From assembly GCA_002269645.1 (NCBI GenBank), contig NIVC01000900.1, positions 276,117 through 340,116 on the forward strand: a stretch of DNA of 64,000 nt. Direction: 5' to 3'. This document shows positions 1-14,501 of this stretch, piece after piece; position 1 is the stretch's first letter, and every line of letters begins with the position of its first letter. A program made the position numbers and the translations under genes. The notes beneath the pieces were generated by a model. That model did not search any database, was not told the DNA's origin, and worked only from the letters and a program-made list of their open reading frames with translations. Source of the stretch: Macrostomum lignano (Eukaryota).

Positions 1-427
1 CAAGAGTCGCATGTTAGATTCATTCATTGTATCAACATCATTATAGAATATACATATTTTCACGGAAATTCATTGTGTATTCTTCGGCTTGTACGAACCA
101 ACGCCCTCAGACTGTCTACAGACTACAGTAACAGACAAAGGGAAAGTCATGATATATGTACCCCTGTGTTAGTTTGTGTGCTGAGCAACACCTAGTCTGT
201 TTCCTATCGGTAGATTAACAACTTATTGATTCTCGAATACTTCGAATACAAAGGAGTCGAATACAGTTGACTGCTTAAATTCGAGTACTGAAGACATTTA
301 TCTTCCAGAAGGTTGACTGCTAAATCTAGAACCTAGAACTAAACCTAACCCTAATAAAAAAACCCGAACCAGAAACTAAACGATAACCTAAATAATGTTA
401 GCTTAGCTAGTACGAAATATTTGTAAA

Positions 428-3400
428 GTGGTTTCACTTCCCCCCTCACGAGCAGTTCCTGATGACACCGTTGGACCAAGCGGCGTCACTCCAGTTAACG
501 GAACGAGCGAAACTGCCGACAGCACTTGGCGGTCTCTTCAAGTGACTTGGCCCGCCACCTTCAGCCGGCTTGGTCCAGTAATTGAATACCAAGTGCGCGC
601 CTACCACCCGATAAACGGAAGCCTGCTTGCTGAGCACTCGATTGTTGCAGCGGACATTTTTGAAACAAAGTTTACGTCACTTCTGACTGGCTTAGCGCCC
701 TTCAAACGTTATCGAGTTCGAGTTGCAGCTTGCACTCGAACTGGCTGCGGAGACGGCACTGATTACATCGACGCTACAACTCTTCCTGCGGTGCCGACTG
801 TGGCATCTCTACTGCCAATCTCTCCCCCGCTTTCCATTGGACCTACCTGGATATTGATTTCATGGACTCATCTGCCATCAGTGACAGCCGATGATCTCGA
901 AGCTGCTGCCGAAGCACTTCCGGGGCTGAATGGTCCGTTGATTGCGTATCAGCTGATCCAGCTTCTGCCTCCGCCGGTAAGATACGTCTATGAAGCTGCG
1001 TTTTAGCACAGAAAATGAAGCTGCCTCGTCGAGGCAAAATGTGCCATAGAAAAAGTAAAATTTCACAAGAAGAAAACGCATTAAAACAAACTAATACTGA
1101 CGAGCGTCTTTTAGTCGGACAAATTTAATGTCCATGGAATTTTCATGCAGGCACACATTGTAGACATTTTTTTCTTTTTTTGACAGGTTACAGGGAATAG
1201 GAATAAACAGAAAAGAAATTTCCGAGAAACCTCGTGCGATCGTGCTTTAAAGTAATAAGCAAGAACTGGTTTTTGGGATCATACTCTTCGTACACTGAAT
1301 TTATCCGTTGACACAACTGTGAACAAACACATTCAAATTTTGATTCGGTTATAAGTGTAAACTTTCTCACATAGTATAGGAACTTTTGTAACAGACAAGT
1401 GCTAGAATTATAAGGTGAAAAGAATTGGCCTTCGTAGATATTTTTGTTACGAGCTGAATGTCACAGAAACATGGCTTTCCAATCCATCTGCGAAATCAAT
1501 ATCACACTACAGGACGATCGACTTCTTTTATATTCCGGTCAGCAGAGGCAGTTCAATCACACCGGCTTGCAAGGGCCACAGCGTACTCCTATGCACTGTC
1601 TGTCTGCAACCAGCTCGGCTGCTCTCCGATTTCCGGCGACAGAGTCGCACAACTAGAAACGGCTCAGCTGCCTCCTGAGGGCATTGCTCCACCGCGGATC
1701 ATGCCTCTCGGCGCCGATTCGGCCCGTATTGCATGGCTTCCTCCAGCTAAACTCAATGGGAAACTTATGGCCTATCAGTTAGTGATTACCAACGTCTCGG
1801 ATTGCAGCAATCAGAGCAGCGATTCCACTACCTGGCTTGCGCACAGTGACTCTTCGGCTGAGGCCAGGAGTGTCGTAATTGATCATCTCGAGCCGGATAC
1901 CGAATACTGCATGACATTGAAGGTAGGATTTTAATGAAGGGGTTCTTCATGCATAAAAGCTACAAACTCAAACTTAGTTTTGATTAGATTTTAAGCCTTG
2001 TTTTCCGTTTGAATCACCCATGAAATAGCTTATATAGGATACTGTTCATGATCCTTTAGCATTTACGGATGTATCCGTGTGTCACACCCAGGTATGCTCT
2101 GGCGGAGGCTGCTCCGAAAGTGCACCAGTCGCTTTCAAAACTGCAGAGAGCTCACCTGAGCAAGTACCTCCTCCTAAAGTTGTTTTTGTCAATGCTACAT
2201 CATTTACGGTTGTCTGGAATCTGGCTGAGAAACCAAACGGTGAGGCTTTTATATGTTTAAAACATATCGTCGAGCTAACCAATTTTTAAAAAAGGCGATA
2301 CTTTTCCTACTAAACACAGGCGAAATTCTATTCCATCGAGTGCTCATTAATGACGACGAAGTGGCCAATCAAACTGACCGGAGTCTGTCTATGACAGGCC
2401 TGTTGCCATGGAGCCTTGTTACCATCCAGGTGTTTCAGTGCACCCTAGGAGGTTGTGGCGGCAGCCCGACAGTGTCGGTGCGAACTCTAGAGGCTGCACC
2501 AGTTGGCGATGTCCGACTGTCAGCTTTGACGCCAAACGAGGCCAGGTCAGCCCAGCTGTTCTGGACGAACCGAATTGCGCCAACGGTTTGTTAAACTACA
2601 CAGTATTTGCTTTGGGTTCGTTCTACACCGGCGGCACTGGTTTTAACTACTCTACTGTCCTTGAGATGCGACAGGTTGCGGTTACTCAGAGCTATGGACA
2701 GTGGATGCAGATATCCGGTCTGCTGCCAATGTCTGTCTACTACTTTCATGTCAAAGCGGAGAATTCTGTTGGATCGTTAACTAGTAACACAGTGACAGTT
2801 GCTATGCCATCTGGTAGTAAGTTTTTCGACGCATGTTTGCCTGTGTATTCTTTGATGAAGCTAAAGACCTCCAAAACAATATTTCACCCGTTCAGGTCCA
2901 GACGGCGTTGAGCCTCCGAATCTGATTGTCATAAACGCGACATCAGTGCAAGCCACTTGGGGCAAAGTTGGGCGGGCGAATTCGGCTCAGCGAGTGAGCG
3001 TGACGCTCCAGATTCAAAAAGGGGACGATGGAGAGTGGGACAGGTAGGAGTTTTAAGTTTTTAAACAGCAATACAAGCTTCAAAAACAAGCAACGGATAC
3101 ATCCCTTTTTTACTGCTCAAAATAAAATTGTTTTGAATAAAAACGTTATCAGAGCATCCGACGCAGTGCCATCGGCTGAGTCTTCAACTGCCAGTGCTCT
3201 GGTGTCGGATCTGCTCCCAAATACGCAATATCGATTCCGAGCAGCTGCTCAGAGCCTCTTTGGAACTGGCTATTCGGTGCCGGTGACGGTTAAAATGCCG
3301 GAAGCAACCCCGGGTCCAGTGGGTGCTCCACAGATTGCCAACATTACTTCTGTCAGCGTTCTGTTGACTTGGACTCCGCCAAACAGACCGAACGGAAATA

Positions 3401-6400
3401 TTGTGGCGTATCGTTTGTTAATGAATGAAACTTTGATTGCAACGGTGAGTGAAAACTTTTAATCTCTTCTATTTATTTGTAAATGAATAATAAAAAAATT
3501 CTAATGCACTTCCGTCTTAATCAGCTGCCACCGATGAATCTGAGCTATCAGGCTGTCGGACTGTCACCATGGCAGCGCTATTTTTTGCAGTTGTGGCATG
3601 CACCAGCGCAGGCTGCTCGCAGCATTCGTCAGCTCCAGTGATGAAGGCTCGAACTGCAGCAGCTCCAAGCGAAGGCATTCCTGCTCCAGAGGCGATCCCG
3701 CTTTCACCGACGTCTGTCAAATTGAGGCCTCGTCCTCCAAAACGACCAAACGGTCCTCTCATCGAGTATCGATTGTTTAGAAATAACGGAACAGGCCCAA
3801 CTGAAAATAAAACCGATGTTTTGGTCGGTGTCATCTCTGCGACTGACAGCATAGTAGAGTTGATTGACTCCAAAGGAATCAGGCCTTGGAGCAGCTTACG
3901 GTATCGCGTTCAGGTGGTCAATTCTGTCGGATTTTCTTTCGGTGCCTGGGCTGAAGTACGAACTTTGCCAGCAAGGCCAGAACCGCCATTGAAACCCGTG
4001 CCAAGTGTTAATCCTGCATCGCCTAGAGCTGCAACGGTGGCTTGGAAACTAGATTTAAAATCTCGTTTAAACGGGCCATTTCAGCGGTTGGAGCTAAGAG
4101 TAGATACTATGCGAACAATATTGCTCACGACTTCCAAGGCTGAGGCTTTTTCAGGCGGTGTATCCATCGTTGACGATCTGCGGCCGTGGTCCAACCACAC
4201 GGCTAGCCTGAATCTTTGCAATACTGGAGGCGGCTGTGCAGAGAGTGACGTTTCAATGTTCTTCAGCCCTGCTGCCCCGCCCGCCGAGCCAGCACATGCG
4301 CCTACTGCGATCGCACTCCGTGCTGTTCCAGCAGCCATTGAAGTCGCATGGAAAGCTCCAGACTGGCCCAACGGTCCGCGACTTCGATACCGAATTCGTC
4401 GCTTAAGTGTGCCAGTCGACTTATGGAGCTATGAAAATCCTCGCAATAGAGGGGTCTGGAATAATGAATCCTACTTTGGATTCAATACCGAATTTAGAGA
4501 TAATGATGTTCAGCCACTCGTAGTATACAGCTACAGTCTGGCTGTGCTTAATGATGCCGGCGCAACTGGATTCGGAGAGCCGTCTCGACCTGTTTTGCCT
4601 TGGAGTGGTGGTCCTCCAGATGCCGGGCCTATCATCTTTGCTGCACCAGCAGGACCTCAAGCAGTGCGCGTGAACTCACGCTGCCCACGCTGCGACAGCT
4701 ACGAGGCTTCCCTTCCAGATGTCGCGTTGAATTGACGAGTCCGGCGGCTTTCACGCGTGTTTTGGAAGTGCCCAATTGTGGGGCAAATAGGTGGACTGAG
4801 GTTTTTGTTCGAAACCTGTTTCCAGGCGTTGTTTATAGTGCGATTGTCAACCTGACAGTAGTGCCGGCTGGCTGGGTCCTGAGCAATTCAGCTAGTGTAT
4901 TAACACTCGACTCTGGTGAGTTATTTGAAACAGTTATGTATATTCGCTTCTAAATTTAGTCACAAATAGTCGAATTTAACAGTCATATGGTGTTAAAAAT
5001 CTTCTTTGTTTCTTCTTTTTATTTAGTTTCCGACACAATCAAGCCGCCCTACCGAGTTAGTGTTCTGAACTTGACCGCGGTGCAGATCTACTTTACACCA
5101 CCCGCCTCGTTCTCCACTAACAACTTCACAGCCGATTGGAAATATTCAGTTTTGGTGAACGACCGAAAGTTTTCGATTGATTTGGAGCAAGTTCAGTTGA
5201 ACAGTACTGGACTTTCGGCTCTCATAACAGCCTTGATTCCAAATCAAGCAAACAAGGTGCAAATAGAAGCCTGCTGCAGTTTTTATTGCGTTCTTAGCAA
5301 CGCTACTCAAGTCGCTACATCTGAGGTTGCACCCAGGGGTCAAGGTCCACCGGTGGTTAAGTCAGCTGGGAGTCGTTGGCTTCAACTTAGCTGGCCTGTG
5401 CCTAGAGAAACGGGAGGGGTAATCGATGTTTACCGTTTGTACCGCCGTTCGGTTCAGCATCCGTGCAGGAATGAGACCAGGTCTTCTGCATACGCCACGT
5501 GCCAATACGCGAGATGTCCTATTGGTTGGCTAGCTTGCAACCTCGGCGCGTGCTACAAGCCAGAGGAGCAAGTCTGCTGCGAGGGAAAGTTACACACCAT
5601 AACTGACGGCTTTCAGTGCTGCCCCGGAGGTGGCTACCAGAGCGTGCCTAATGTAAGCGTCTGCTGTAGAGATGCAGAATTTCCCGACGCCTTCAATGTC
5701 GGATTGGGCAATGCCTGTTGCGGAGGACTTCCGTACTACAATGAAACAGATGGAGATCAAGTTTGCTGCTGTGGTAAGGAAACTCTTTTCTTCTCTTTTG
5801 GAGTCCATCTATCGCTGCATATTGGAATTTTACCAGTAGTAACTATTAACATTCAAACACTATTCCAGGTCACTTGCACAGCAGTCTAAATCAGCAATGC
5901 TGCGGTGGTTAAATGGTCCCTAATGATCTAGTGTGCTGCGGCGACTCCATCGCTTATCAGCCACAGTCGAATATGTCTTGCTGCGGCGACCAGTATGTTC
6001 TACTAGCTGGAAGCGATAGTGAAACAGTTTGCTGTCAAGAAGGTAGTGAAGCTCAACTTTATACGCTTTCACGAGATAACTTTGACGGTGAGTCTACATG
6101 GTCTTGTTGCGGCCTGCAGCTCGTCAAGGGTGCAGAAAGCTCAAACGGCTGCTGCGCTGGTCGAAAGTTCAATTCAAGCCTCGAGGTCTGCGCTTCATCT
6201 GACTGGTGTGGTTTTGGTGTTACCTGTCCCATTGGGTCAGACAAATCCGCGGCTTGCGATGCCTGTGATTTTGTGTCTGGCAATGAGACATGTCATGCTG
6301 TACATGTACGGTCGGACTCGACCGAGACTGGGCCTATCAGTGCTAGAGAAACTCTTCACGAAGCAATTAAATACAAGTGCTTATCGGAGCCCCAGCTCGT

Positions 6401-9400
6401 GTACGAGGGTCGAAAGGCATCATTTAATGGTGAGAATTTCAATTAGAAACGATTCTTTTTATGAATAGCTTTATTTGAATAAGGGTTCAAAAATGATTCT
6501 TTATATCCCTTCAAAGCAGTAAAAGTAAAATACCATTGAAAAATATTTTATGATCTTATATATTACCAATCATACATGTATGTATAGATTGTCAATAATA
6601 CTTCCCAAAAATTTGACTAATTCTAGACAGCCAGTTGAGTCCCAGCACCAGATACGCCTATGCTGTGGAAGCAGTAAACTCTGCTGGTGCTACCAACCAA
6701 TCCTCGCTGACAATTGTGAGCACTTTTTCGGCTGCACCAAAGTTTGTAACGCCACCAGTTGCTGAACCAATCAGGCCAGATGCATTGAGCCTGACTTGGA
6801 GTCCACCCAGCAAACCCAACGGTCCAGTGAAGTCCTACCGAGTCGAACGGCGTCAGAAAATGGTGAACAAAACAGCCGACTCTTTGAATTTGTTCAGTGG
6901 GCTCGTCTTCAAGTTTGTTGACAGTCTTGCATTGGAGCCATTCAAAGTTTACGAGTACAGAATAATTGCATGCACCGATGGCGGGTGCACCGCTTCTGAA
7001 TGGGTAAGTTTACTAAATGGTAACGAAGCGTACATTCATTTGTAGTCTATAAGCATTGCTACTCGCAAGAAAATGATGGTTTTATGAATGGTTGCAAAAT
7101 GGAGTCGAATTAACGTTTGGATCTGCGCAAACAAATTAGTTTGTGGTTCGTCAGGTTATCTGCGTCTTTGAACACCAGCTGTCAACCCGACGTTTTATAC
7201 ATGTACTTTCCTGATAATGAACAAAATTGTAAGTAAGACCATGGCACTCATGTAAGATAGTGGGCCTAGGTGATGCGAGAACAAAGCAGTGACCATAACT
7301 GCTATATCTAAGAGTAATAGCATTGTCGGTGGCTGCGTATCGACTGTCGCTTTTATCAGCGCTGTGTTGAAAACCTCTCATATTTAACATTATATCACTA
7401 ATTGCTTGCATATCGTAGTGTAGAATCGATTGTTACATAAATAATAAATTACACCGGCAAGGGTTTTCACACGTCATGTCAAAAAGCCACTACAGTTAAA
7501 CAATCTAAAATAATATTCTAGATTGAAGCAGCAACTGCGGAATCGGTTCCAACAAGCATTGAGCCTCCCAGATTAACGGCCCTAGCAGTTGATGCGCTTT
7601 TGGCTCAATGGCAACCGCCGGATCATCCAAATGGACGCATTACGGAATACCAGTTACACGACGTCACAAACAAGCGTCAGATCTATTCAGGTCTGGAAAC
7701 CATCTATCGATACGGCGGATTACAGCAAGACACGTTATACGCATTCCTAGTTTCAGCTTGCACAAGACAAGGCTGCACCAACAGTACCAGCTGGCTAGCC
7801 ACTGTTAGAACACTCGAATCACCACCTGCTGGTTTGAAAGCTCCGGGAGTGGTCCTCACAGGGAGCAGCTCGGTATTGGTTTACTGGTCAGAGCCTATTA
7901 GAGGCGGTCGGCCCATCCGGTATTCGATTGAGCAGAAAGTCGACGGCGACGACCAATTCCGGTTAGTGGCTAGTGACCTTCCCGCTTGGCAGAGGAACGC
8001 GAGTTTTACGGATCTGCAGATCAATAAGCGCTACTGGTTTAGAGTAATTGCTCACGGAGTGAAAAACTCAACGAAACTTGTCGGTCCGTCCATCATGGTT
8101 CAAACACCTGCTCGCCAGCCACCTATTGCAAGCAACATTCAGGCGTGTGAGCCTCTGAACGATGGCAGTCTGCAAATCTCTTGGAATTTGCTGCCACTGG
8201 AGCTTGGCATTGATCAGTACATTTTAACACTGATTGGTGAATTTGGCGATTTAATACAAAAGCGCTATTTGCTTCGAGAGACTTTTGGCACGGTCTCAAG
8301 TTACGACGGCTTACGGCCAAACTGTCAATACAGCGTTGCAATGATTGTCTGCCAGAATATCAGCGACTACAGTTGTCGAGCGGGCGACTGGGTACTTACT
8401 CGCACCGTTGATGGAGCACCGTTTCAAATGCCAGGCCCACTCGTGTTCGCAGTGGATGCTTATGCAGTGCAAGTGCAGTGGCAAACAGCACAGCTTACCC
8501 GAAGCCAGCAAAACATTCGCACCTTTAAAATTGAGCGTCGCAAGCTCTACGAAAATCCTGCTGCAGTTGCTGCCGAGTCTACCATCAAACTCGCTGGTCA
8601 AGTTGACGGCGGGCGTCGAAATTTTCTCGACTTCAGTCCTGACCTTACTCCCAACTCCGCTTTTGAGTACCGTCTCGTGGCTGTTAACAACTACGGCAGG
8701 ACGGCAAGTAACTGGACAGAAGTAGTAACGGCTGATGATATTCCGCAGCACGTCCCGACGCCTATCGCAGAAGCTCTGGATCCATTTAGCCTGAATGTAT
8801 CTTGGACGAACAGTGCTGAACGGAGTGGGCGGGTACTTTTGTACCGACTGGATTACAAGGTAATTTGCGGAAGGCTAGACATTAAAGTGTTTACATGTAC
8901 ATATCCGGAATTACGAAGCTCTGATATTCTGGTATTAGAAGCACTTATGTTGCAGCTTTACTCATTTTAGGCAATTCGCAGCGCGGGAATCGCAGTTGAA
9001 GGCACAGGAAAGCATATTGAGCTAGATGGTAGCCGTGGAGGTTGCATTATCGGTGGCTTATCGCCGGCTACAACCTATAATATTCGTCTCGCTGCCTTTA
9101 ACAGCCGCGGGGTCGGTTCTGGCCCCTGGACCGAAGCAACGACCTGGGAGGCGCCGCCCATTGGCCTCGCTGAAATAACAGCAACGCCAAATGCTGACGG
9201 TCGCGAGCTTTTACTTAACTGGCTTTCTCCTCGTCGTCCAAATGGTTTTGTGAAATTGTATCGGCTGAAGCATATGCTGACTGTTAACAGTAGTGTATTA
9301 TTATACGCTGGTCGTTCGACAGGTTTTCGATGGCGTCCATTAGAGCCGTACACAGTGTACAATGTAGCTCTGGAAGCGTGCACACAAGCTGGTTGCGTCA

Positions 9401-12400
9401 CTGGCCCCACAGAAAGCCTCCGCACCGCTGAGGCACGGCCCGAGGCTCAGTCGCCACCGCAAGTCGCAGCCATTATTGTTCCTGCTAACGTCAGTGGTAC
9501 TATTGAACATCCAGCTACCAAAAATTCAACAATGCACAGCAAATCTGCCGACACCTTAGCTACTTATGGGTCTTTAATGAATGTTAACCAGGCCACCAGA
9601 TACTCGATTACTGTCCGCGTGAATTGGTCTGCACCGGCTGAGCCAAATGGAAAAATTCTAATCTACCGCATCCTGCGCCGCCAACGCTCAGAAACTAGCG
9701 AAATGTTCGATACTGTCGGAAGTTTAAATTTGTCAAAGGCTGATAATGGCCGGTCAATTTTCTCCGCAACTGACTCGAGTGCAAAAGCTTGGACCAAATA
9801 CTCCTATGCCATTGAGGCTTGCAACTCTGTGGCCTGCATTAGGAGTGCCTTTGTAGAGTTGGTCACTCCAGAGACGAAGCCAGGTCCTCCAGATGTGCCA
9901 GGCGTTGCACCATTGCTTCCAATGTATTTGGTTATTTCTTGGAATCCACCCGTCCAGTCTAATGGTCGAATTATAAAATACAACATTTGGAGAAACGGCT
10001 CAATTGTCTCAAGTATCAAAGGCATAAACCAAAATAGTTCTACAATATCGTGGACAGATAAAGGCTCAGATCTTAGACCTTTCACGCCTACTCAGTAGTG
10101 GCTTGCAACTCTGCCGCCGACCCAGCACCTCCTTGTGGCCCTGCATCACCGCCTGGCATCGGTCGCACTCCAGAGGCACCACCAATAGGAGTGAAAGCGC
10201 CCCAGATTTTCTCTGTGACAGCTAATGCCGTGCACTTATCCTGGTTGCCGCCTGCGATTCAAAATGGTGTTATTACTAGGTAATGTTTCAGCTATAAAGT
10301 TTTTGCAGAAAGTACAAAATTTTATACTGTAATTTTGCTCATCCTAACTATTTTCAATTGCAGATACATGCTAAAACAAAACGAAGTTCCTCTGTTTACA
10401 AACTTACCGGCTGACACAAACACCACAGCAGTAGTCGGCTTAATGCCGTTCGCGCAGTACGCATTTCGCTTGGCTGCCTGCACTTCATCAGGCTGCACTG
10501 ACAGTCCAGTCACAACTGTGCGCACTTCAGAAGCAGCACCTGCCGATCTGGAAGCACCAATTCCGACTACTCTTGACTCCAGTCGTATAGCGATTGAATG
10601 GCAACCACCAAAACGACCAAACGGAGTTGTGACATCATACAGACTGTTGCGCAACAGTCAAAAGTTTACGGAGGTTTCCTCAACGACACTTCAGGTAGTT
10701 GACGCTGGCTTGTTGCCTGACACAGCCTATTCCTACGCAGTTGTAGCAGTCAACTCCGCCGGCGGCGTTCGCAGCGCCGATGCCATCGCCGTCACTGAGG
10801 CTGGCTCACCCGAAGGACTTCAAGCGCCTCGTATTGCTGAGCTAAACGCTACTGCTGCAGTTATAGCCTGGGTGCCTCCGTTGCGCAGCAATGGCGAATT
10901 ACGCAACTATAGCCTTGCAGTAACTCCTTTTGGCAACATTCCTTTGCCACCAACGTATCTTTCCTTCGCTTTGTTGGCCCTTCATCCGTTCACGAATTAC
11001 TCAGCTCGGCTAACAGCTTGCACAGACACTGCTTGCGCGACAACAGAGACCATTTCGTTTCGCACGTTAGAGGCACCACCAACTGGTCAACCACCGCCAT
11101 CACTGCAGCCTGTCAGACTCAACTCAACAAACGGTACGCAGGTTGGAATTCGGGTCACTTGGTTGTCGCCAAGCCAGCCGAATGGTCGTATCGTAAGCTG
11201 CCGCTTGGAAAGGCAAGCGCAACTGCATTCAGACAGCAGTTTCTCTGACGCAGTTGTCATCTTCAGCGGGGCAGATTATGATAGCGATGGGAGCTGGAAG
11301 TTTATTGACGAATCAAATGAACTCTTTCCGTACGCGTTCTACCGCTATCGAGTCGGCTGCTTCAACTCATTGCCGGAGGGCAGCTTAAGTGACTGGGCGT
11401 TAGTGCGTACAGTTGAGATGACACCATCGGAGGTCTTTGCTCCTCTGCTGTTGGTACGTTTTATACATAGTTCTTGCAACAAACGTTTTTAACAGTTTCT
11501 AACTCAGAATGCGTCTTGTATCATTAATATCATATGTTTTTTTCTGCAAAAATCAGCATTTACAGTGCAGCATTCTATTAGCATTCAACTTATCAATAAC
11601 TGTGCTTTACTCAGTCACTTGTTTTGCTTTTATTGCAGGGAGTCACCAACGTTTCCGCGACTTTACAGGTTCAATCGCCAGTAGCAAATAAGCCAAACGG
11701 TCACATAAAAAATCTCAGCATCATCCTTAACGGATACCAAATACAGCTTGACAACAACTTGCTGGTTGTCAGCCTGCGTAATCTGACACCAAACGCGGTA
11801 TACTCGACGAGGGTGGAGGCTTGCAATTCAGCGGGCTGCGGTCGCGGTCCTGCAGTAGAGTTTTCTACGCTATTTGGTGTTCCTCGGGGCCTGCGTCCTC
11901 CAGCTGTCGAGGCCACTAGCGCGAACTACATCACTCTTAGGCCTGTACCGCCTGCAAATCCGAACGGTCCCGTTGATGGGTACGAGCTTCTAGTTGAGGT
12001 CTTTGGAACAGAGACGATAAAGAGAAACTATCCAATAATACAGGCTTCCGGAGCTTGGAACGTCACCGGTTTGGACCCTTATCAAGAATTAAAAGCGCGT
12101 CTCGTAGTCAGCAATTCCAGGTTTCGCAGCGATGAAATTGTCTGGCTTCGAGTGCATACCTCACCAGCAGGTAAGATCAAATTCGTTTATTAAAGTCGAA
12201 ATTATTGCATGCGAAATTTTATTTTTCGTTTTTCATACTCCTCCATGCAGATCCCGTCTATATTCAGCCTCCACTGGCTGAGTTCTCTGGCCCTCTGGTT
12301 CGCCTTGACTGGTCCGGCAGCTTTCGATTAAACGGTCCCCTCCTGTCCTACAGGCTAACATTGGACGGCAGGTCAATAGGAGGCCTGTCTGAGACGGAAT

Positions 12401-12992
12401 TCGCTTTCAAAGAAACACCTCCAGGACCAAAATTTTATACGGTGAAGATAGAGGCTGCCACCACTATCGGTGGAGTCAGCAGTCCATTGCTTTACCTCAA
12501 TCCAGCTAGCCGTGAGTTCGAGTCCAGCTCTCCGGCCTCGGTGCAGATGATCACTCTCTCATCTGCGACATCGCTGCTTGAGGAGCAGCCCTGGCTTTTG
12601 CCCGCACTGCTGGTGGCTGGGGTGGTTATTGCTGCAGCACTGGCCGCTGCTTTCTGCGTTCTTTCCAGTCGACGAGGTGGCAGCAACGGAAGCAGCTGCA
12701 TCAGCGTCCGCGTCTTCTTGCGAGAACGGCCACCCCTACGGCGACGTCGTCCCGAAGAATAGATAGCGTCGAGCCTGCGTCTCTTCCGCGACCGCCCGCC
12801 TACTGGCAGAACGCTTCTCCACCTGAGGACTTTGACGACCTGGCCTCAAATGCAACTTTATCCTCATCCTCTCTGTACGAGCGTGTGCCACCAAACCCTA
12901 ACAGGATCTGGCCACCGCGGCCACCGCCGCCGCCGCCGCCACCGCCGCCTCTGCGAGACGCAATGAAGCTACTTAGCGACAGTAAAGTATAA
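428..12992 (+). CDS. USH2A: Usherin (USH2A)-like multi-exon gene, 3' portion: many FN3 repeats, Cys-rich insert, transmembrane helix, cytoplasmic tail. The 5' end lies outside the window.
   Basis: A chain of + strand ORFs repeats W..P..PNG.I..Y / Y.Y...AC...GC FN3 motifs with GT-AG boundaries (e.g. donors after 976 and 1922). The Cys-rich CC-repeat block at ~5470-6300 (CCEGKL..CCPGGG..CCGG..CCGD) is typical of usherin. TM WLLPALLVAGVVIAAALAAAFCVL lies at 12592-12663, followed by RERPPL as in the vertebrate usherin tail. Four apparent 1-nt deletions interrupt exons (see findings). Confidence 0.85.
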
Positions 12993-14501
12993 ATCAATCT
13001 TGACGCGTGTCAAAGTACAAACTTCTGGATTTAAAGGTTTTTTGTTCCAAAAGAAAGTTCGACTGTTGTTGCTTATTTTGTTTTCTCACAGAGAATAGCC
13101 TCTCTCTCTCTCTCTCCTAGTTGTCACAGTTTTGAATTCCTCGATAAAAAGAAATTATTGCACTAGGTGCATTGATGCTTTAAACGCTTTGAAATCATAG
13201 TACTTTAAAGCAAGTTTTATCTCTCTGTGAACGAAGAGTTTAACACTTTCAGTACTAAAATTCAGATGGCTATCGACGTCTCTGGAAAATGGGTATAACG
13301 TCGTTATCTATCGATGTACTGTAATAATACTCGTTCGCCAGCGACGAAGGGAATTCGAAAGAGCCGTATGCTTCACTTTCAGGGTGTAAAGTTTAGCTGT
13401 GTAATTGCGGGATCATTAAAATAAATTGTTTATTTACAGTGTCACTAAAATAGCTTAAGTCTTATCACTACGAAACTACGAACTTTCACGATGCTTTAAC
13501 AAAAAAGTTTTAAAGCACTGTTTTTTTGTTTGTACTCGTACCAACATTTTAAAGCAATCAGCTAAAAACAGATTGAATGAGGGAGAGCTTTGGTTATTTA
13601 CGCCGAGACGTCGTCACTCGTTAGTCATCAGTTATTTGGTTACTTTGGTAATCTTTCAATTCATGGACGAGTCCAAAAATGCATCAGGAAGTACCCGTGG
13701 AAGCGTTCACGCCTGCAGCTTCAGTGCCTGGAGCTCTTTCCTTTGAGGCTGCACCGTCTTGGCCTTCCGCAGGTGCACTGGCAACACCGGATGGTGATTT
13801 CAAGCTGGAATTCATAATTCGATAAGTAATTAGTCTAAGGATGATATGAGCTCAGCTTCTTTATAATCCTCTACGATTCGACAGTTGCACGGTAAATGCC
13901 TATAAGAGTTTTTCACGAAAGTTTGGCCAAGTGTTTGTCCAAGATTAGGGAGAAAAGTCTCAGCGTACAATTCATTAACCTCATGTACAATGCTATTGAT
14001 CAGCTAGATAGTTGCTGTTATGCGACCACGTGCGATGATTTTAAATTTTTCCGCGACTCTACGAGCATAGCGAGAGTATATCATGGGCAAATTTTTGCAC
14101 CAGTTTTCAATACACATTTTAAACTTCAGTAAATGTTTCAAGCGATGTTGATTTGTATTTTTTGCATGGCGCTGAACATGATTTCGCCACAGACAAAAAC
14201 AGTGTGAGCGTGTGTATGAGTGCTTGCCTGCGTACAGTGTACGAGCTCGGGGTTATGGGATCGGACGATGTTGTCGAAGGCGTTGCACCAATGAGCCCAC
14301 AACCCTGTTGCCATATTATTGCCTAAAATTCGAAGTCCACAAGCTGAGACATTGTAAATTTAGTACTTAAAAGCTGAACATATCCCAACTTTCTGACGCT
14401 TTTTGCTGCGAAAATTGGCCTGCATTAAAACCTGCAAGTGCAGCGTCCTTCTACTTTTTGAGAAACGCATACGCCCGTGTTCCTGGACTTTTTATTTCTA
14501 C

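Noticed and set aside
330-400. Telomere-like CCTAA/CCCTAA words
   Set aside because: Only one or two imperfect units within an AT-rich repeat-like stretch; not a telomeric array.
2577-10092. Programmed ribosomal frameshifting in usherin
   Set aside because: No slippery heptamers, and several same-direction single-base losses are better explained by consensus error.
13590-14200. Coding-looking stretches between usherin and the ankyrin gene
   Set aside because: All frames are interrupted by stops and I recognise no family; possibly a decayed element.
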